Assembly: GCA_963693365.1 (NCBI GenBank)
Contig: CAVNZM010000007.1
Coordinates: forward strand, 3,085,979-3,149,978
Direction of reading: 5' to 3'
Source: Amoebidium appalachense
Taxonomy: Eukaryota; Protista; Ichthyosporea
Length of the DNA: 64,000 bases
The position numbers and the translations under genes were made by a program. Position 1 is the first letter of the stretch. Each line of letters opens with the position of its first letter. The notes under the pieces are model-generated. The model was not told the DNA's origin and searched no databases. It saw nothing but the letters and a program-made list of their open reading frames with translations. Of this stretch, positions 1 through 19,469 are shown piece by piece.

Positions 1-264
1 TGGGTGTATGCACGTGAGTGGGTGTTATATGTGTGTGAGTGTACGTGAGCGCACCCGCGCGTGCACGTGCGGATGTGTGGATGTGTGTGGTTGGTGTGTG
101 TATACGTGCTCGCGTGTGTATGCGTATGCGCGCGGGTGTGCGTGTGTGTGCATTTGTGTATGTGTGTTCTGTGTTTATGTCTGTGCTCTGTATGTGTGTG
201 TGTGTGTGCATGGGTGTTTGTGTTCCGCGTACGTGTGTGCCTGTGCGTGTGTATGTACACATAC

Positions 265-417
265 TCATTTCCAACAAGCGCTGGCACAGGCCCACTGATT
301 CGTCCACGGACACGGAATGGCCCCGGGCCACCATCCAGCCCACCGCGTCGGACCCACTAAAGCATCCTTTGTGGCGTTTCTGCAAGAGACAAAGATATGA
401 GCTTAGTTTTAGTTTAC

Positions 418-507
<90 letters not shown>

Positions 508-700
508 CATCATCATCATTATTATTATTATTATTATTATTATTTGGGGGGGGGGGCTCCATCTACGAGTCCACACATTGGTGGGGCTGCAAGGGATGAG
601 CATGCAAGGAGGAATGAGCCATTTGGCACTTTTTTTTTTGGGGGGGGGTCCTTTTTTGAATTGGTGGTGGTGGGGGGGGGGGGGGGGGGGGGGGGGGGAA

Positions 701-734
<34 letters not shown>

Positions 735-788
735 TGGAGCGGAGAGGGAAGGGGGAGATGTGTGTGTGTGTGTGTGTCGTCAGTGTGT

Positions 789-820
<32 letters not shown>

Positions 821-1242
821 TGCTGATGCCGTATAAACACAAATCCGAAATGAAATGAAATGCAAATATGCAAAAAAGAACATGCACAAACAGTATGCAA
901 AAGCCCGTCCTCCAGGAAAGCAGGAGGAGGGGGAGGGGGGGGGGGGGGGGGGGGGGGGCAGAGGTTCCTCTAAGCAGAAGTGTGTCCGTGAGGGAACAAA
1001 AGAGAAAAGGCTAGGTGAAAAGCATTCCTTGGCGACAGTCAACCCTAATCCAGCCCTCCCCCCCCCCCCCCCCCCCCCCCCCTCTCCAAAAAAAAAAAAA
1101 AAAGGAAAAAAAAGAAAGAAAAAAAACCAAGAAAATTGCAGTCGAACAGATGGACACAAATAGGTGGGCTAGTAAATCTGCAAAGGAGGGGGGGGGGGGG
1201 GGGGGGGGGAGAGGAGGAATGGGGGGGGGGGGGGGGGGAAGA

Positions 1243-1276
<34 letters not shown>

Positions 1277-1624
1277 GTTACCAGCCTGACTATTCTGGAC
1301 TTTAGGACTATGCCCCGCTGCATGTCTCTGACCACAGCATGCAGGTCTCTCTCAAACCCCCTGCCCCGCTCTGGGGAGGGGGGAGCAACCACAGTCTCAG
1401 TAGCAGCATCTGGCGGGTGGGGGTCCTTTAAAGTGAAAGATTTAGTTAGCGGGGTCAACATGGTAGGTTTGATGGACACCAGGTGGCACCAGAAAACATT
1501 TCGAAAAGCATGGGATGGCACCAATTTTAAAGAACATAAGAGGGTCCCAGAAAACCAACCTGCTGAACACCAGCCAACCAGGAATAAATAAAATTCAGAA
1601 TTGAGCAAAGCTTTGACTTGGTAG
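265..1624 (-). CDS. DEP-domain protein, partial (exons 1624-1282 and 379-265; continues off the left edge; 5' exons unresolved)
   Basis: The spliced peptide ...LHAVVRDMQRGIVLKSRIVRL|KRHKGCFSGSDAVGWMVARGHSVSVDESVGLCQRLLEM matches the DEP consensus (R..L..Y..CF.GS..V.W...EAV...Q.LL). Junctions are canonical (cag|, |gtaacg, |gtatgt) and phase 0 is kept. A hydrophobic segment precedes the DEP domain. Confidence 0.7.
419..543. repeat. (TAT)n microsatellite in the DEP-gene intron
   Basis: Direct reading of about 40 TAT/CAT units. Confidence 0.95.
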
Positions 1625-1785
1625 CTGCGATTGTGGTGGGTGGAGTTAGTAAAACAGCTGGGAGCAATGGAGAATGGAGGAGACGGCTGACGGGAAAGAG
1701 GTGGAAGGGAGGTGAAGGGAGAGGAGGAAGACGGGGAGGCGAAACAGAAAAAGGAAAACAATCGTATAAGGAGCCAAAGTGAGGG

Positions 1786-1835
<50 letters not shown>

Positions 1836-3881
1836 GGGGGGGGGGGGAGGGGGGGGGGGGGGGGGGGTGATGAGGCAGAAAAAAGGGGTGGTTGGGGCAG
1901 GGAAGGGAAGGGTGGGGTGGGGCCAAGAAGGAAGATATAGTTCTGTCTATGGGATAAGGGGGCCGGAAGAGAGGGGGGAGGGGGGGGGGGGGGGGGGGGG
2001 GAGTTGCCTTATGCTATATATTCAAGAACACAGAACCTCTTCACTACGTAACTCAAGAAATCAGGAATATGCATGTATTGTGGCTAACATGGTTGAAAGA
2101 AAAATCAACAAGGCATAACAGGAGAGGTCAGAAAATACTGAGAAAAGAATTGCACAGAGTGAACGAGAAGAATCTTCCAGAGATGATTTGCAGGCAAAGT
2201 CTACTTCCCTTTCCTAAGAATGCGTACAATGATCCAATAAAATGATCAAAGAGATCTCTTAAGCACGAGAATAGCCACAGCAATAGGCCAAATTTATGGC
2301 TGGGGGGGGGGGGGGAGGGGGGGGGGGAGGGGAGGGGAGGGGAGGAAGGGGGGAGGAGCATTGCCAAATATAAGCACAAGAGCAACACACAAGTGCTGCT
2401 TTTTCATAAAGACACAACACTCGGACAAGAAATGATGCTAGGTGCACAAATGAAAACCCTGCCAATCCTCTCAACATACGCTATCCTTTCAAACACAGCG
2501 TGCAATTTTCTCTGGATGCAGCATCAACGATGTCAGGAGCACACACTCTCACCTTTGGGACCCCGTCGGAAGGTCCTTCCATGCCTAAGGTTCCCAACCT
2601 ACGGACTATCCATATTTCTTGCCAAATTTTAACATATGCAACTCGAACACCTAGCCCCTACAGACAGAAAAATCAAGGCTTGCCTTTAGTATTGATGTTT
2701 TTGTTCGTCTGTAGGCCGCATGTTCGGCCTGTTGGTGAATAAGAGAGAGGAATAAAAGAGATCTGGAATGGGGCGATGGAGTGTAGTAGCAAAGGGTGGG
2801 CGTTGCTTGTTATCCTAGACTTTCTAACACTGCTTCATTCGGAATTTTCAGGCATCGGTAGGGAGCCTCCTGATAAAGCACTAGATAAACCAGAGCATCC
2901 GTCGAATGGGAGATCAGGATGATGTGCCAAGATGTTGAGCAACGTTCAGTCACATGCACAAAAGAAAACCAGCCTCTACCTGTTCTAATTTCTAATGTTA
3001 CAGTTTAAGAACACCTGGTGCCATTCAAAAAAGCTCCCTGAGTAGCTTCCTACTTCGTTACATCGGCAAATGCACTTAGAAAAAACCGATGTGCCCCCTT
3101 GCTTGTGCACAGGCCTTACGTATACAGAAAAGTTCTCTCTCTCTTGTTCCAAAAAGGCCCGAACTTTCAGTCAGGTCCACTATATTCGGCGAAATGCGGC
3201 TCAGCATAAAGATGTCTGATTGGCTCTTTTGCAATACCTTGTTACAGTTTGCAGCCGCATATCATCTGCATTCCATAGTCTAACCTTTTTTGGTAACTAA
3301 TATCACTAACCTGTATCACCGCGCACCATTACACGAGCTCAGTATTTGTCACACTCACTCCCACAAAGTGTCTGCTGGTACGTGGGGCGTAATTGTTTTG
3401 TTCTTGTGTCAATGACATATCACGAGAAGGGAGTTGCTTCTTCCCCGTTTATGCTGTAGCTCATCTTTTGGGCGCCAGGTGTTTTAGCTGCCAATTCGTC
3501 TAGTTTTCCTATGCTCCCAGACATCATAAACATAGAAGAATGGGGTGGAAAGTCTATAAGATCGCACGGCTTTGAAACAAGGACGTGAGTTTGATCTGTA
3601 CGAACACGCACTGGAGAGAAGTATTGAGCGGCCCAAACTTAGACTTTGGTGCAGACACCCTACAAGCCAAACGTTAGGTAAGGCACTTTTAAAGCATGCG
3701 GTGAGGAAAAGGCTTGCAACCCATGCAGGATGGAAAGAAAGGCATAAAGGAGGGAATACCTGAAGTAGGGGGGAGGGGAGGGAGGGGGGAGGGGAGGGAG
3801 GGGGGGAAAGGTTAAATGGATGATGGTGAGGCAGACTGTGTGTGTTTATGTGTATGTGTGTGTGTGTGTTTTTTTTAGGGG

Positions 3882-3954
<73 letters not shown>

Positions 3955-4078
3955 AGGGAGGGAGGGAGAAAGGTGGAGGAGGAAGAGGATGATGGGGTGT
4001 TTGCGTGTGTGTGTGTTTGTGTGTGTGTGTTGAAACGGGGGGAGGGTTGGGGGTCGGGGGGTGGAGGGAAGGGGAGGG

Positions 4079-4115
<37 letters not shown>

Positions 4116-4311
4116 GTTCAAATTATATATGAAGATTACTTGGCCTTGGAGGTTGAATGGTTTTGGCTGGAAAGCTGTGTGGACTTAATAAGGTGATAGA
4201 TATCAATACAATTTTGCGTCGCAAATATCATGGTTGCATGGGGCTGGTGTAACTTGTTGGCCCTGCTTCTTCCTAGCTATCTCGCACACGTGCACACGCA
4301 TGGGATAGGCA

Positions 4312-5149
<838 letters not shown>

Positions 5150-5739
5150 TCGTTCTCTCTCACTCCCCCCCCCCCCCCCCCCCCCCCCTCCCTTTGGCTC
5201 CCCACCCTCTTCGGCGCTTCCCGCCCTTTTCCCGTGGTGTATATTTCTACTCTCCCCATCTTACTCTTTGCTCTTGTTTCCAGCTTTCCATGCTATTTTG
5301 CCATTGACATTTGTCCTCATAAGAAGTGAAGCATTTTTTTTTTTTTGTGGGGGGAGGGGGGGGGGGGGGGGGGGGGGGGGGGTTAGTTTCACCTGCACTT
5401 GTGTGATTCTGAAAGATCCAAGAAGGGAGGGCATGGAGGGTGTTTGGGAGGGGAGGAGAGGGGGGGGGGGGGGGGGGGGGAGGAGGAGGGGGGGGGGGGG
5501 GGGGGGGAAGGTTCGGCACAGCGCGTTAACATGGCTCGTTAAATTTGGCTACCAGAGAGCTATGCAGGGAAAAGTGGAAGGTGTGATGATCTGACACGGA
5601 AAAATTAGTACAGTAACTGCATGTGCTTCATGGATGATACTAAAAGCAGCTACCACACAGGCGAATAATCACTCTGTTGCTTGCATCGCCGAGAGAGATA
5701 TGCGACTGATTTTTCGGTGATCTTTTTTTTGCGCAAAAC

Positions 5740-10818
<5,079 letters not shown>

Positions 10819-11504
10819 TTGATAATGTAGGGGTTAAATGTTTAAATGTTAATTGGAATATCTGGGATCTGTTTTGTTGTTTTGGGAAATTAATACGGCC
10901 GGGGGTTGATTGTTATCGGAAACTACTGACTGGCTGTGAGAAAGCAGGAGTCTCATAAACTGGGCCTAGGCGGGTGATTGGTAAATGTTCACGTTGAATG
11001 GTTAAATTCGGAATATCTGGATCATCATCAGTGTTTTGTTGTTTGGGGAATATTAACGGGATGATTGGTATCGGAACAATGGCTGTCAGCAAGCAGGAGT
11101 TGCACAAACCAGGCGTAGGCTGGTGATGGAAAATGTTCGCGTTGAATGTAGCTACTTCTTTGGAATGGGTTTTGGATTGTTTAAGGGAACTGATTGTGTG
11201 TTTGCTACTAAGGGAGCTTTGATGTGACTATTGGCTTTGAACTTGATTTTATATCTTTATTAGCCATTCCTTAGGAAATTGCGAATAAGGGAGTGTAACA
11301 GTTTCTGTATTTCGTGCCGCGTTGAATGTTAATACGGAATATTTTAATTTTGTTGAGGGAGTTACGGCATTACTTCCTATACTGTAAAGGGAGTGTTCTA
11401 ATACTGCTAGCCATTCTCCCGATTTGGTTGTGAAACTTGGAAGTATCATTATTTGGTGAATGGTGATGAAAGATTCGATCGCTTTTTGTATTTGTGAACA
11501 TGAT

Positions 11505-11845
11505 TATTGTGATAAAAACTTGCACCATCTGTGAGCACCAGTTCAAGAGGCACATTTTGATTAATGCATTTAATTTTTAATGACTTTCAATACAAGATCA
11601 TGCATTAGCAGTGTGATCACAATGATAAAAGCTTGAACCATCTGTGAGCACCAGTTCAAGAGGCACATTATACTTATTTCATATGACTTTTATTGATTTT
11701 CAAGACAAGATCATGCATTAGCCGTGTGATAAAAAACTACTATTGAATTGTTTGTTAGCACCAGTTCAAGAGGCACATTATAATTATTGCATTTGATATT
11801 TATTAATTTTCAAGACAACACCATGCGTTAGCAGTGTGAGAAAAA
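11505..11845. repeat. Three ~111-bp AT-rich tandem repeats
   Basis: gcaccagttcaagaggcacatt at about 11536, 11648 and 11758. The intervening sequences are also homologous (caagatcatgcattagc.gtgtga). Confidence 0.85.
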
Positions 11846-12241
11846 CTAATTACTTGTGACTGCCAATTGCAGTGCAAGTATAGTAGTACTCTCCAATCTT
11901 TCAAATATCAAAAGGCGGCCTAACGTGCACGTGATCGGGACCCAATGGCTGTACAGTAGCATCAGCTGTTCAGAACTAAAATGATTTCAATGATTTCAAC
12001 GGTACTTAGCTTGTTTATAGCTTAAGTGTATTACGAACGAAACACTTGTGAAAGGGAGCCCCTGCGTGGTTTGGTTGTTTGTACTGTACATGTAACGATG
12101 ATGTGCAAATAAAATTATGTGTATGTTCGCAACTCACACAAATTTTGAGCTCTTGCGACCCTGCAGTGACAAAGTACTCTTTGGATTCTACAACGGCATG
12201 GTCGTTGGTATTTGGTGTATATGTATGTAGAGGGAGGGCTC

Positions 12242-12282
<41 letters not shown>

Positions 12283-12826
12283 GGAAGAGAGAGAGAGAAT
12301 GTGTGGCCCCATACCACCACTTACCACGGCATTATTACCGCAACACACAAGTCGAACATATGCATGTGCAAACACAGACGAAGACGTTTAACTAAGACGT
12401 GCACATGTACACATGCACCACTGATGCACGGGTACACAAACACAGACCGTCTACCCACCCCGTTTTCCGCAACCAGCATGTGCACACCGATACAGTATAC
12501 CACTTCCCTACCTTTTTAGTTGTTTTCTACAATCCTTTTTTTCGAGTACCATCACAACTACACCCCTAAATAACTATATTATTAGCTACCCCTGTACAGT
12601 AGTGCCATGCACACACTGGCACAACGTTCCCCGAGGTGCGTGTGCTTAGGCATTTTTGAATTTGAAATGGGGGGGTGGGCATTAGTAAGTTTTGAGGTCC
12701 TCCCTGGTGGTGGGTTCCCCCCCTCCCCTCCCTAAGCTGACCACCTGGGTCCCCCTCCCCCCCCCCCCCGCCCCCCCTCTCCCCCCTCCGGGGAGAGGGG
12801 GTCCCACCTCTTTGGTGGGGTGGTGG

Positions 12827-12862
<36 letters not shown>

Positions 12863-13493
12863 TCACTCCACCACCATCCCCAACATTAAGTTTGCACCAA
12901 GTCTTCTTCCGTTCCTTTTATTGATAATACCCAAGGCTTCGAATCTTGACAAAGTTAGGGCAAATCTATCATGCACAACATGTCACTGTGAGTGTGCGTC
13001 TGCAATTTTTGTGCCGTGTAGACGTAGGTCCGTGTGTGTATGTTTCCTTAAGGTGGGTGGGCATTCGGCACTGCTAATCACTGTGGTGGCCTGACATTCT
13101 GCAAGTAAACGTCGTGCCACATGTGCAAGCTGTGTGGACGCAATGCGCTTAGCATGTGCACGTGCAAAATTACATGAGTCACACGGTGTGCCAGAGAAGA
13201 GGGTGTGTGCACACGTGTGGGTGTCACTGTGCATGTGTGTCTCAGTGCGTGTTTGCCTGTGTGTGCGTTTGTGTGCATATGTGTGCATGTGTTGTGTGTG
13301 TGTGTGTCAGTGATTGAGAGAGCTCCCAAATTCTCTGGCCCAAATCTGCACGCGCGCATGTGTCTTTTGTGGCATGTGTGTCTGAATCGCCATAATATGT
13401 GTGTGTGTGTGTGTGAATGGTTGTTCAATTGCAAATGATGAACATGCATGATGGCGCATGATGCATGGATGAGATTGCGTCAGACAAATAAAA

Positions 13494-13534
<41 letters not shown>

Positions 13535-13558
13535 GGGGGAGGGGGGGGGGGAGAGGGG

Positions 13559-13596
<38 letters not shown>

Positions 13597-15309
13597 TAGA
13601 TAAAGAGCGAAAAAGAGGGCGCGGGCGCGGTGGTGGTGTGATGGTGGTGGTGGTGGTGGTGGGGGGGGGGGGGGGGGGGGGGAAGGGGGAGGACGGTGGG
13701 GGGGAGGGGGGGGGGGGGGGGGGGGAATAAGGGGAAGCAGTTAGAGAGGAAAAAGGGAATTCAGAATGTGTGCCACGTGTGCGCGCACATCATTATACAA
13801 AGAAGAGCATATTACCTACGGCAGTCTGTGATCATGGGTGTATTGGAGAGCGTGCGTGTGTGTGCCTGCGTGTGCAAGGGTGCTTTACTGTACATTGTCG
13901 AGAAAATCAGTGGTCATTAGCAACCAGCCATTGCGGTCTCCGTATGAGTTCTTAAGGGGCGTAGAGAGGGGAGGCCCCCACGGGCGCTGAGCAGCGGTCG
14001 TTCCGGGGGGAGGGAGGGGAGGGGGGGGAGGGGGGGGGAGGGGGGGGGGGGGGGGGGGGGATGCCTAGCTAGCTCGTAAGCAGGTCCAATTTGACTCAGG
14101 GTCTGATAATCTGTTGTGTCCTTGTTAACCCCCACCTGTAACCAATCATGCACTCTTTTACACGGACCCCCCTGGTTAGACTATGTTCCACTGTCTCTGC
14201 GTTGCATGAATAGTGGATCCAATGCCATTATGTTTTCAAGTTGGTGTCAAGATATATACTAATAGATATTAGTCATATTTGGGTAGCCACCTCCTCCCCG
14301 GCCCCTTCCCCCCCCCCCCCCCCCCCCTCTCTCTTTGTGATTTTTGTAGGTCCCCCCCCCCCCCCCCCCCCCCCCAACTTACTACCCGTTCCAAAATCAA
14401 GAAAGCCTTATATGCACAAAGCGTGGCCATCTCTCCGCAGCTATATATGCCGCACCGTAGTTCAAATTTTGGGCCCAAATATTGTATGTTTGCAATTACC
14501 GGTTAACAACAGAATGTTTCAGTTTATTGTTGTGTAACATTTATTTCTTATGAGGTTCCCACATGCTATGCGCTAATCCAGTTAGCGGCACGTGTTTATT
14601 AAACGCCCGACTTTCTAATTGACGGGTTTGCCAACCAACATAACAGCTTGACACTATGCTGTGTTCGTATTCATTCCATACTGACAACGAGCAAACATAA
14701 GTTATTCCAAACCACTAGTATTACATAACGTCAGCTCTTGTTTTATGTACCAACTGCTACGACCATAATTGATACCTATAATAGATACCGTACAAACCTT
14801 TCAAGATTACAGTGTGATTTATGTGTTAGCCTCTGAAATCCCAATAAGGGTATATCTATCCCTTATCATATTATCCGCGGGATACACAGCCAATAAGTGT
14901 AAGCATTTAGAAACCCGCCTCGTGACACACCCCCACCTCTCCTGGACACCCACCCGCAAAACACAGCCATAAAAAAACAAAAAATGTCTTCGATATGTAT
15001 CCACAGATGCTGCAAGAAGAAATCGTTGACAATATGAACAGCCACAATGAAAATAATACAATCAATCAACCGAGAGCCCATATATCAGCAAAAGAAAAAA
15101 ATAAATAAAGCACAAAATTTTGAAATAAATTAATACATAGGAAGTACTTGTACATATTTGTGTTGACGCATCGTTGGCCCTTTTTTCCTTATCCCGCCCT
15201 CAACATACACATCGCTATGAAAAAATAAGGGGCACAAAAAAAACAAAAAAAAACAAACAAAAAAAAACACCACATGTCCCCCTCCCTACTGCAATTTCAC
15301 CAACAACAC

Positions 15310-15946
15310 TCACCGCCTGCGGCAAACGGTGAAATACAGAGCAACAGCGCCCAAGATAACAGTAGAGCACAGGAGCGCAAACAGGACAGCAATGCACACA
15401 CTAATACTCATGGAGTTGAACGCAAGCATCTCAATCACATAGTCACCACTGGAGATGCACCGAGGGCTGTTGGGGGGGCATGGGAGCACAAGGCCGTCGA
15501 ATTCGTTGAGTGCGAGGGCCTGGAAGCTGTACTTGATGGGTGACAGCCACTGTGGGAAAATAAAAAGTGTGAGAGTCATTATTTGTGTGTTTTTGCTTTT
15601 CTTTTTTTGCTTGTTTGTTTGGGTCGCCTAGTTGGGGCGACTGCGAACCTGGTGTGCTGGGTGCAGTATGGTGAAGTTGATAGCAGCATACACAACCCCC
15701 CCCCTCCCTCCCCCCCCACCCGCCACCACCACCACCACAACACACACACACAGTTTAACACCAGAAGGAGCCAAAACACCTTGCGCATATGCTTGTGGCG
15801 TGTGTATGTGGGTGCCACCCCACTTGCTCAGAGCACAGAACATGACGATGTCGAAGAGCAAGGGATGCAATGTGGCAGTGCTGGCAAGCAACGGGGAAAA
15901 AGGAAGGGGAAAAAGCTGTGTGTGTGTGTGTGTGTGTGGGTGGGTG

Positions 15947-15998
<52 letters not shown>

Positions 15999-17794
15999 TG
16001 TATGCGAGGGTTGGAAATATGGAGGAGACAAAATAAAGCAACAACAAAAACGTCACAAAAATGAAAAGGGGGAAGAGAGAGACAATACCTGAATCCAGGT
16101 AAAGTAGACGGGGACGCTGTTGCTCTGCACGTAGAAACCGCTGAACAACATGAGGGGCATAATCGCCATGGGCAACACCGCCATCGCAGCCTGAATACTC
16201 GGGAACGTCGACGCAGCCAAGATCCCAAGAGCGGCACCGGCCAGATTGAGAATAATCAGCGTCAGGCAGTAGATGAGGAATTTCGATGCCACGGCCTGGA
16301 AGCCGATCATCCAATAGGAAATGCAGCAGCCGATAAACACGTAGAGGATGATGAAGGGGAACTCGACCATGAGCTTGCTTATGCTGTGAAAAGGGGGGGA
16401 GGGGGGGGGGGGGGGGGGGGGGAGAAAGAAAAAAAGAGATCAGACATTGCTGTTTGGAAAATAAGGACTAGATTTGACGGATTGATGTTGGATACTTCGT
16501 TCGTTAGCCAGCCCGAAGCAATAACGGCGATGAGGGTGTGGGTGCGTAAAAGTGTGTGCATCTGGGTACATGAATGTGCGTGTGTGCACGTGCGACAGCA
16601 CATCTGTGAGAACCGTGTGTGTGGCTGCCCATGCACGTCGATATCTTTCTTTGGGAATGTTGTGTGCGTGTGTGCGTGCGTGCGCGGGTGCAAGTGCAAG
16701 TGCAAGTGGGTGTGGGCGACCACGAGTGTGTGTGCGCGTGTGCGTGTGCGCGTGTGTGTGTGCGCACATGTGTAGGTGTGTGTGTGTGGGAGGGGGGAGG
16801 GGGGGGGGGGAGGTGGGGAAGGAACACTCACTAGTAGGGCAACATGCCATAGTAGCGACTCCCATACTCACGCTTGAACACCTGCTTCTCCTCAAAGAAA
16901 ATCGACACGACGGGCATCGCCGACGACATGAATCCGTTGAGACAAACAAAGAAAAGAGCACCCTGCCTGTTCTGAATACTCTCCTGTGACGTTCCCACCT
17001 GCCAATAGATGAGACCTACGAGAACAGCCATACTTAGGTATTGCACCAGTTTCACGCGGATAATCATTTTGTTACGCCAGGCGTTTTTGGCGGCGCGGCG
17101 GAAAAGAATTGCGAATTGGTTGGGGAAAGTAGCACGTCCTTTAAGTTCGGTTTTGTCGACACCGTGGGTGAGGGACGGGTCTGCAGCCTCAGCGGCAATG
17201 GATTTTCCCAGTGAGGATTCTTCCCACGTGTCCAAAAGGCGCTGTTGAAAGAAAGGGAAAGAGTGTTAGAATAATTTCTGTGAAAGTCCTGTGAAAGTAT
17301 TGCGGTACCCAACCAACTATGTGGATGTGTACGTGTGTACGTGTACACTCATGTGTGTGTGTACGTGTGTGTGTGTGTGTATGTGTGTGTGTGTGTGTTT
17401 GTGTGTGTGTATGTGTGTACGTGTGTGTACGTGTGTGTGCGTGTGTGTGTGTGTTGCGTGTATGTGTATGTGAAGTTGGCGCCCGGATGTGTCTGGGTGT
17501 GCATTGATGACGTGCCTTGGGTCCAACCACTCAAGTCTTCCGTCTCCACTAATCACTCCCAATTCATCTGTATCCCCTAAAATTTCACTGTACAGCTCGT
17601 CTAACAACAATGAACATATGCGCATACCTTAGCACGCACAAGATTCGATTCATCCCCCTTCAGTTTCTCAGAGCTGACGGCTGGGGCTTCGATTGCGTTT
17701 ACGGTACTGTGGTTCATGATGTTGCTGATGTTGAGAACCTCCATGAAGAAGTAGTCGGCAGGGTTGGTGTCTGAGGTGTTTGCGTGTGTGTGTA

Positions 17795-17850
<56 letters not shown>

Positions 17851-19469
17851 AAGTTATACGGCAGGACTGGCGTGTGCGCGTGTGCACGTGGCATGTGTGT
17901 GTGTGTGTGTGGGTGGGTGTGTGTGTGTGCGTGTGTTAGAACAGTTGCTAGGCTTGGGGGAAAGAGTTTTGGAGAAGGCAGACAACAAACATTGCCTAAA
18001 GAGTTTTGGAGAAGGCCGACTACAAACATTGCCTATGTTCGAAATCCTCCTACTTCTTCACTACCCTAAATTTTAAATTTATGTCTATGCAACCAAGTGC
18101 CCGTATGCATGCTCTTGTGTGTATGCGTGTGGGCGTGGGTGTGCGCGGGCAGGAGGGCGCTCGTGCATCGCTCAAATTATTTTGAGGAGGGGGGGGGGGG
18201 GGAAGATGTAAAAGAAGTACTAGTTGCAACACAGAGGAGCACGTGCAAGCACTTACATTGAGGGCATTGGTAGCCCAGGGACGCAAAGTAGTCCACACAC
18301 TTGTCAGCACGGCCCATGTACATCACACGGCCGTTGGCAAGCAGGCACAGGTCATCGAACATGTGGAAGATCTCTGACGACGGCTGGTGCAGGGTGGCAA
18401 CAACGGTACGGCCAGTGTGTGCCAAAGCCTTCAGAGTGTGCACGACACTGTACGCGGTGTATGTGTCCAGGCCACTGGTGGGTTCTGGGTGATGATGTTT
18501 GTTAGAAAGAATTGCTGTCACATGTTCACAAGGTGTATGTGTTTGCATATATCACGACTGCATGCAGCTATATATATTAGACAAATAAAAAAGAAAGAAA
18601 ATAAAACCCTTTGATATGATTCGATATTGACGTGATAATCCCGTTTGACACACAAGCACAAGTACAAAGAAACACACGTATTACCACATGCACCCGCCTA
18701 CAAACACTACACACTCACACACACAAGACAAACACACAAACTCTGCAACCCGTCCACTCCATGCATGCGGGGGCCACCCACCGTCCAGAAACAGAATGGC
18801 AGGGTTGGTGACCATCTCCATAGCAATGGCCACACGCTTTCGCTCACCGCCCGACACACCCTTAACTTGTGTGTTTCCTATTATGGTATCCTGGCACTTC
18901 TCAAGGTGAAGCAGGCTGATAACATCAGCCACCGCCTGATCCTTCTCTTCCTGCGCAACGGTGGAGGGGAGCCGCAAATTGGCGGAAAATGTGATTGCCT
19001 CCTTGACCGTCATGGTGTACATGATAACATCATCTTGGAACACGAACCCACTGAGTTTCTTCATGCCCCTCCCTTCCACTTTCTGATCGTTTACACGGAT
19101 CTCCCCTCCTACCGTCTTCTGCTTAATCTCACCGGCAAGCACGTTCAGAAGTGATGTCTTCCCGGCACCAGAGGGACCGAGAATAACTGTGAGGCGTGCC
19201 GGTTGGAACACACCGTTGACCTTATCCAAGATGGTTTTCTTTGTCGCTTTCTTTCCCTTTCCTACGCTCACCTCCATGTGAACATCTTTAAATGTCACCT
19301 GCATCTGCCGCTTCTTTTCGACATGTGAAACGGTGGACTGAGGGCGCATCGCAGCGATGTCTGCAGGGATTTTAACTGCTGTTTCCTTCTCGTTCATACC
19401 AAGGCTGGCACCCTCGTGATGTGGGCCCTCGCTCGAACTCAGCGAGTCAGTTGCGTGTGAGGGGTCCAT
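15310..19469 (-). CDS. ABCG (White-like) half ABC transporter (exons 19469-18782, 18484-18257, 17770-17628, 17241-16832, 16383-16089, 15549-15310)
   Basis: Walker A GPSGAGKTS, signature VSGGERKRV, Walker B split by an intron ILFLD|EPTSGLD, H-loop TLHQP, TNPADY motif, and a C-terminal TMD (EKQVFKREY, LFSGFY, W.SPIKY...LALNEF). Phases are consistent. The last codon coincides with a possible donor, so a short extra 3' exon cannot be excluded. Confidence 0.93.

Noticed and set aside
11505-11845. CRISPR-like recurrence of a 22-bp word (gcaccagttcaagaggcacatt)
   Set aside because: The intervening sequences are homologous to each other, the period is about 111 bp, there are no cas genes and the context is eukaryotic. 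It is a tandem repeat.
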